The notes under the pieces are model-generated. The model had not been told where the DNA came from, made no database searches, and saw only the letters and a list, made by a program, of their open reading frames with translations. Of a stretch of DNA of 32,000 bases, positions 29,125-32,000 are shown in pieces (within the stretch, counting starts at the first letter, position 1; each line of letters opens with the position of its first letter). Both the position numbers and the translations under genes were made by a program. Source of the stretch: Methanococcus maripaludis (GTDB lineage Archaea; AGJL01; Methanococci; Methanococcales; Methanococcaceae); NCBI RefSeq assembly GCF_002945325.1, contig NZ_CP026606.1, positions 1,500,001-1,532,000 of the forward strand, written 5' to 3'.

Positions 29125-30270
29125 TTATTGGCTTGAAAAGTCGATGTTTTCAAATCCACAGTAGCCTTCAGCCATTTTATCGTAAACAGCTTCGCCAACT
29201 AAGAATTCATATATTTCATCAGCTTTTTCTTCTATATCGATATCAGCAAACTGTTCAGGGTATACTATTTTTCCAATATAGTAAGCATCAGCTAATGCAG
29301 TACCGTAGTTTGTAGTGTAGTAGTTGTATGGGAACTGCGTGTAAACGTTTCCATTTTCAAATGCACCAAGGGATTCATAGTATTCCGAACTTTTATCGTA
29401 GTCTTCTTTTATGAGTTCATAGCTTCCGGTATCAATGAATATGATATCAGGATTCCATTCTAAAAGCTGTTCTTTACTTATGAATACTGATTTTTCTGTT
29501 CCTATGGAACTAGCAACGTTATTAGCATTTAATGCAGCAAAAGGAGCGTAGTTACTTGATGTACTGTCAATTCCGTGAGCACCTTTGTTACAGAGTCCTC
29601 CTATGTATACTGAAGGTTTATCTTCGTCTGAAATATTTTCAGTTCTTGTTAAAAGGTCGTTTTCAGCATCTGCAAAGAAATCGATTACTTCTTGAGCTCT
29701 TTCTTCTTTTTGGAAGAGTGATCCAAGTAAATTCAAACAACCAACGAAATTTTCATCATGGAATGACTTAACATCCCCATACTGTAATACTACAACAGGA
29801 ATTCCGTACTGTTCTTGAAGTTCGTCAGCTCTATCTGCATCCATGTATGTAATTAATATAACGTCTGGAGCTGCACTTATAACCTTTTCAGGGTATGGTC
29901 CAACGCCTATTTCTTTTCCACCGCCAAGTCCTGTCATAGGTAGAGTTTGGAAAAAATCCATGTTTGCGAGTTGATATGGCCTTCCAGAGATATTTTCTTG
30001 TTCTATGGATTCAACACCCACAACTTTGTCCTGTGCTTGAAGGTAAGTTACAAGTCTAAGACATCCTGGTCCCGAACACACGATTCTTTGAATATTTGCG
30101 GGAACTTCAACAGTTCTTCCAACCATATCTACAATTTCAACAGTTTTAGCAACTTCGCCTGAAGATTCGGCAGTATTATCAACACAGCCTGAAAAGCTGA
30201 GTGCAATCATCAATGAAATCAAGGCTGATAAAACCCCTATTTTTTTCAAAATTTCACCTGATATTATCAA
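29125..30270 (-). CDS. Iron/cobalamin-type ABC transporter substrate-binding lipoprotein (paralogue 4)
   Basis: FSGC lipobox, DMVGRTVEVPANIQRIVCSGPGCLRLVTYLQAQDKVVGVE. Start probably TTG near 30249 (AGGTGAAATT-TTG). Confidence 0.92.
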   Translation of the reverse strand: MIISGEILKKIGVLSALISLMIALSFSGCVDNTAESSGEVAKTVEIVDMVGRTVEVPANIQRIVCSGPGCLRLVTYLQAQDKVVGVESIEQENISGRPYQLANMDFFQTLPMTGLGGGKEIGVGPYPEKVISAAPDVILITYMDADRADELQEQYGIPVVVLQYGDVKSFHDENFVGCLNLLGSLFQKEERAQEVIDFFADAENDLLTRTENISDEDKPSVYIGGLCNKGAHGIDSTSSNYAPFAALNANNVASSIGTEKSVFISKEQLLEWNPDIIFIDTGSYELIKEDYDKSSEYYESLGAFENGNVYTQFPYNYYTTNYGTALADAYYIGKIVYPEQFADIDIEEKADEIYEFLVGEAVYDKMAEGYCGFENIDFSSQ

Positions 30271-30281
30271 TGTTTTAAAAA

Positions 30282-30297
30282 TATGATATTTATCATA
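30282..30297 (-). promoter_or_regulatory. Perfect inverted repeat TATGATA-TT-TATCATA upstream of paralogue 4
   Basis: 7-bp arms with a 2-bp spacer, about 35-50 bp upstream of the predicted TTG start. Operator-like position. Confidence 0.35.
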
Positions 30298-30379
30298 CTT
30301 TTAAATTAAATGTAATAATTGATACATAAAATTTTCTATATAATATTAAAAAAATAAGATTCTAAAAAAGATAATAAAT

Positions 30380-31471
30380 TTAATTAATTTTTTTAGCAAC
30401 GATAATAATGTTTGGAAACATTTCTTCCTTAAATTCAGTTAATTCATAAACAGGTTTTGTTTCGAGTACTTCAAACCCTAATTTCTCAAGATATGAAACA
30501 TATTCTTCAAAAGTAAGATCCGTTTCAAAAGTATATCTTATACTTCCCTTTCCAGTGCTGTTAAAGCTGTTAAAGTTCCATTCCATGTTATTTAATGTAT
30601 CAGGCATATTTTTCGTTAATTTTGGAAATGCCTGTTTTGTAATAAATAATCCTCCCGTATTTAGCGAATTGTATACTTTTTTAGCAACTTTTGGATTTTT
30701 TCCGCCAGGGTTGTACGAACTAAAAATTATATCAAAATCTTCTCCGAAATCGTCTTTAAAAAAATTTCCTGCAATTGTATCAACGTTTTTCGCATCGTAT
30801 TTTTCTATGAATTTTTTAGTTTCAATTGTAACGTCGGGTAAATCAAAAACAAAAGCATTTAAATTTTCATTCAGCATACCAAGGCTTATTGCGTAGAGCC
30901 CGTGGCCTCCTGCAACGTCGAGAAGTTTTTTTGCAGATTTAAATTCCGAAAATTTAGAGATATATTCGACAGTTTTTTGAAGTTCCCAACATTTGCAGTC
31001 GTTTGCCATTCTTTTAATTATTTCTGGGAAAAATGCATTTTCCATGACTTCATTTTTGGAACCGTTCATTATTTCAGACAAATTTGCCCATTTATCAATA
31101 TTTTCAAATGAAGCGGAGATTGAAGGGCTTTTTGAATATACTGAATCCATTTTTAAGTAATTATCACTTGCAAATGTGTTGATGTAATGGGTTTCGCCAT
31201 TTTTTGATGCTATTGAAATAATTCCAAGTTCATAGAGTGCTTTTAACATTAATTCAGTTAAAACAGGATCCAAGTCCAAAATCGATGATAAATCTTTGGA
31301 AGTTTTTGAATCAGAAAGGTAATCAAATATTTTTAATTCAATTGCAGTTTTTAGTAAATAAAATTTTTGGGCTCCAAAATAAGTTTCAAGCATTATTTTA
31401 TCAATTTTTTCAGGACTTTCGGCAGGAAGTGGAAATGAATTTTGGTATTTTTTGGCATTCAAAATAATCAC
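30380..31471 (-). CDS. SAM-dependent O-methyltransferase-like protein with N-terminal dimerisation domain
   Basis: LLKTAIELKIFDYLSDSKTSKDLSSILDLDPVLTELMLKALYELGII (winged-helix dimerisation domain), LLDVAGGHGLYAISL (SAM motif). Start more likely TTG near 31462. Confidence 0.87.
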   Translation of the reverse strand: MIILNAKKYQNSFPLPAESPEKIDKIMLETYFGAQKFYLLKTAIELKIFDYLSDSKTSKDLSSILDLDPVLTELMLKALYELGIISIASKNGETHYINTFASDNYLKMDSVYSKSPSISASFENIDKWANLSEIMNGSKNEVMENAFFPEIIKRMANDCKCWELQKTVEYISKFSEFKSAKKLLDVAGGHGLYAISLGMLNENLNAFVFDLPDVTIETKKFIEKYDAKNVDTIAGNFFKDDFGEDFDIIFSSYNPGGKNPKVAKKVYNSLNTGGLFITKQAFPKLTKNMPDTLNNMEWNFNSFNSTGKGSIRYTFETDLTFEEYVSYLEKLGFEVLETKPVYELTEFKEEMFPNIIIVAKKIN

Positions 31472-31602
31472 CCGTTTTGAAAATATTTTTTAAAACTAAT
31501 TTAAAACAACTTATATAAATATTCATATTATTTTTATAAAAATCATACTTAACAATATATTTAAATTATTAAATATATGTTTAGTTAAAAAATAAAAAAG
31601 AA

Positions 31603-32000
31603 TTATTCTTTTAAATCAGTATAACAGAACCACCAGTCGTAACCTTCAAGTTCTCCACTTTTACGGGCTTCAAGTCGTTTTTTTCGAGATTCCATGTCTT
31701 TTGCAGGAGGTACAATTACTTTTTCATTTAAAAAGTCATTATTTGGCCAGTTTGCAGGTGTTGCATAGCCTTTATCTGCAGTTTGAAGTGCTTTTACAAG
31801 CCTTACAATTTCATCCATATTTCTACCAACTTCCTGAGGGTAGTAAATTATTGCACGGATTGTTCCCGTAGCATCAACTACAAATACGGCCCTAACCGTA
31901 TTATTTCCTTTATAAGGGCTTATCATTCCAAGTTTTACTGCTAACTCTCCCCTATCATCAGCAATTATTGGAAATTCTATGTCAACATCTAATTTTTCTT
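31603..32000 (-). CDS. Peroxiredoxin (AhpC/TSA, Prx6-like), N-terminus cut by window end
   Basis: [41 protein letters not shown]. The open frame continues past the listed ATG ([28 protein letters not shown]) to position 32000. Confidence 0.92.
   Translation of the reverse strand, partial: EKLDVDIEFPIIADDRGELAVKLGMISPYKGNNTVRAVFVVDATGTIRAIIYYPQEVGRNMDEIVRLVKALQTADKGYATPANWPNNDFLNEKVIVPPAKDMESRKKRLEARKSGELEGYDWWFCYTDLKE

Overview
AT-rich archaeal chromosomal window, very likely from a Methanococcus-type methanogen (mch, archaeal LonB, UPF0147, BRE/TATA promoters, GGTG-type Shine-Dalgarno sites, frequent TTG/GTG starts). Left part: lysA, a wHTH-PhoU protein, a nitrate/sulfonate/taurine-type ABC ATPase and permease with no adjacent binding protein, a small lipoprotein, a DUF4186 protein, then two adjacent secreted or surface genes. 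One surface protein is membrane anchored, with near-identical tandem domains and a (GDT)n collagen-like tract. The other is 1496 aa with about 110 Cys. Middle part: an uncharacterised radical SAM protein next to mch, an FKBP isomerase, rpiA, UPF0147, a class II aldolase, lonB, a hydrogenase maturation protease and a GNAT. Right part (about 20.6-31.5 kb): an 11 kb same-strand cluster with one FecCD/BtuCD-type importer, four lipoprotein substrate-binding proteins, two SAM methyltransferases, and a radical SAM enzyme whose C-terminus looks like a cytoplasmic copy of a TroA/BtuF-type binding-protein lobe. I consider that last cluster the best candidate for an undescribed system, possibly synthesis, modification or salvage of a metallophore or metal cofactor coupled to uptake. 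Its function is inferred, not proven.
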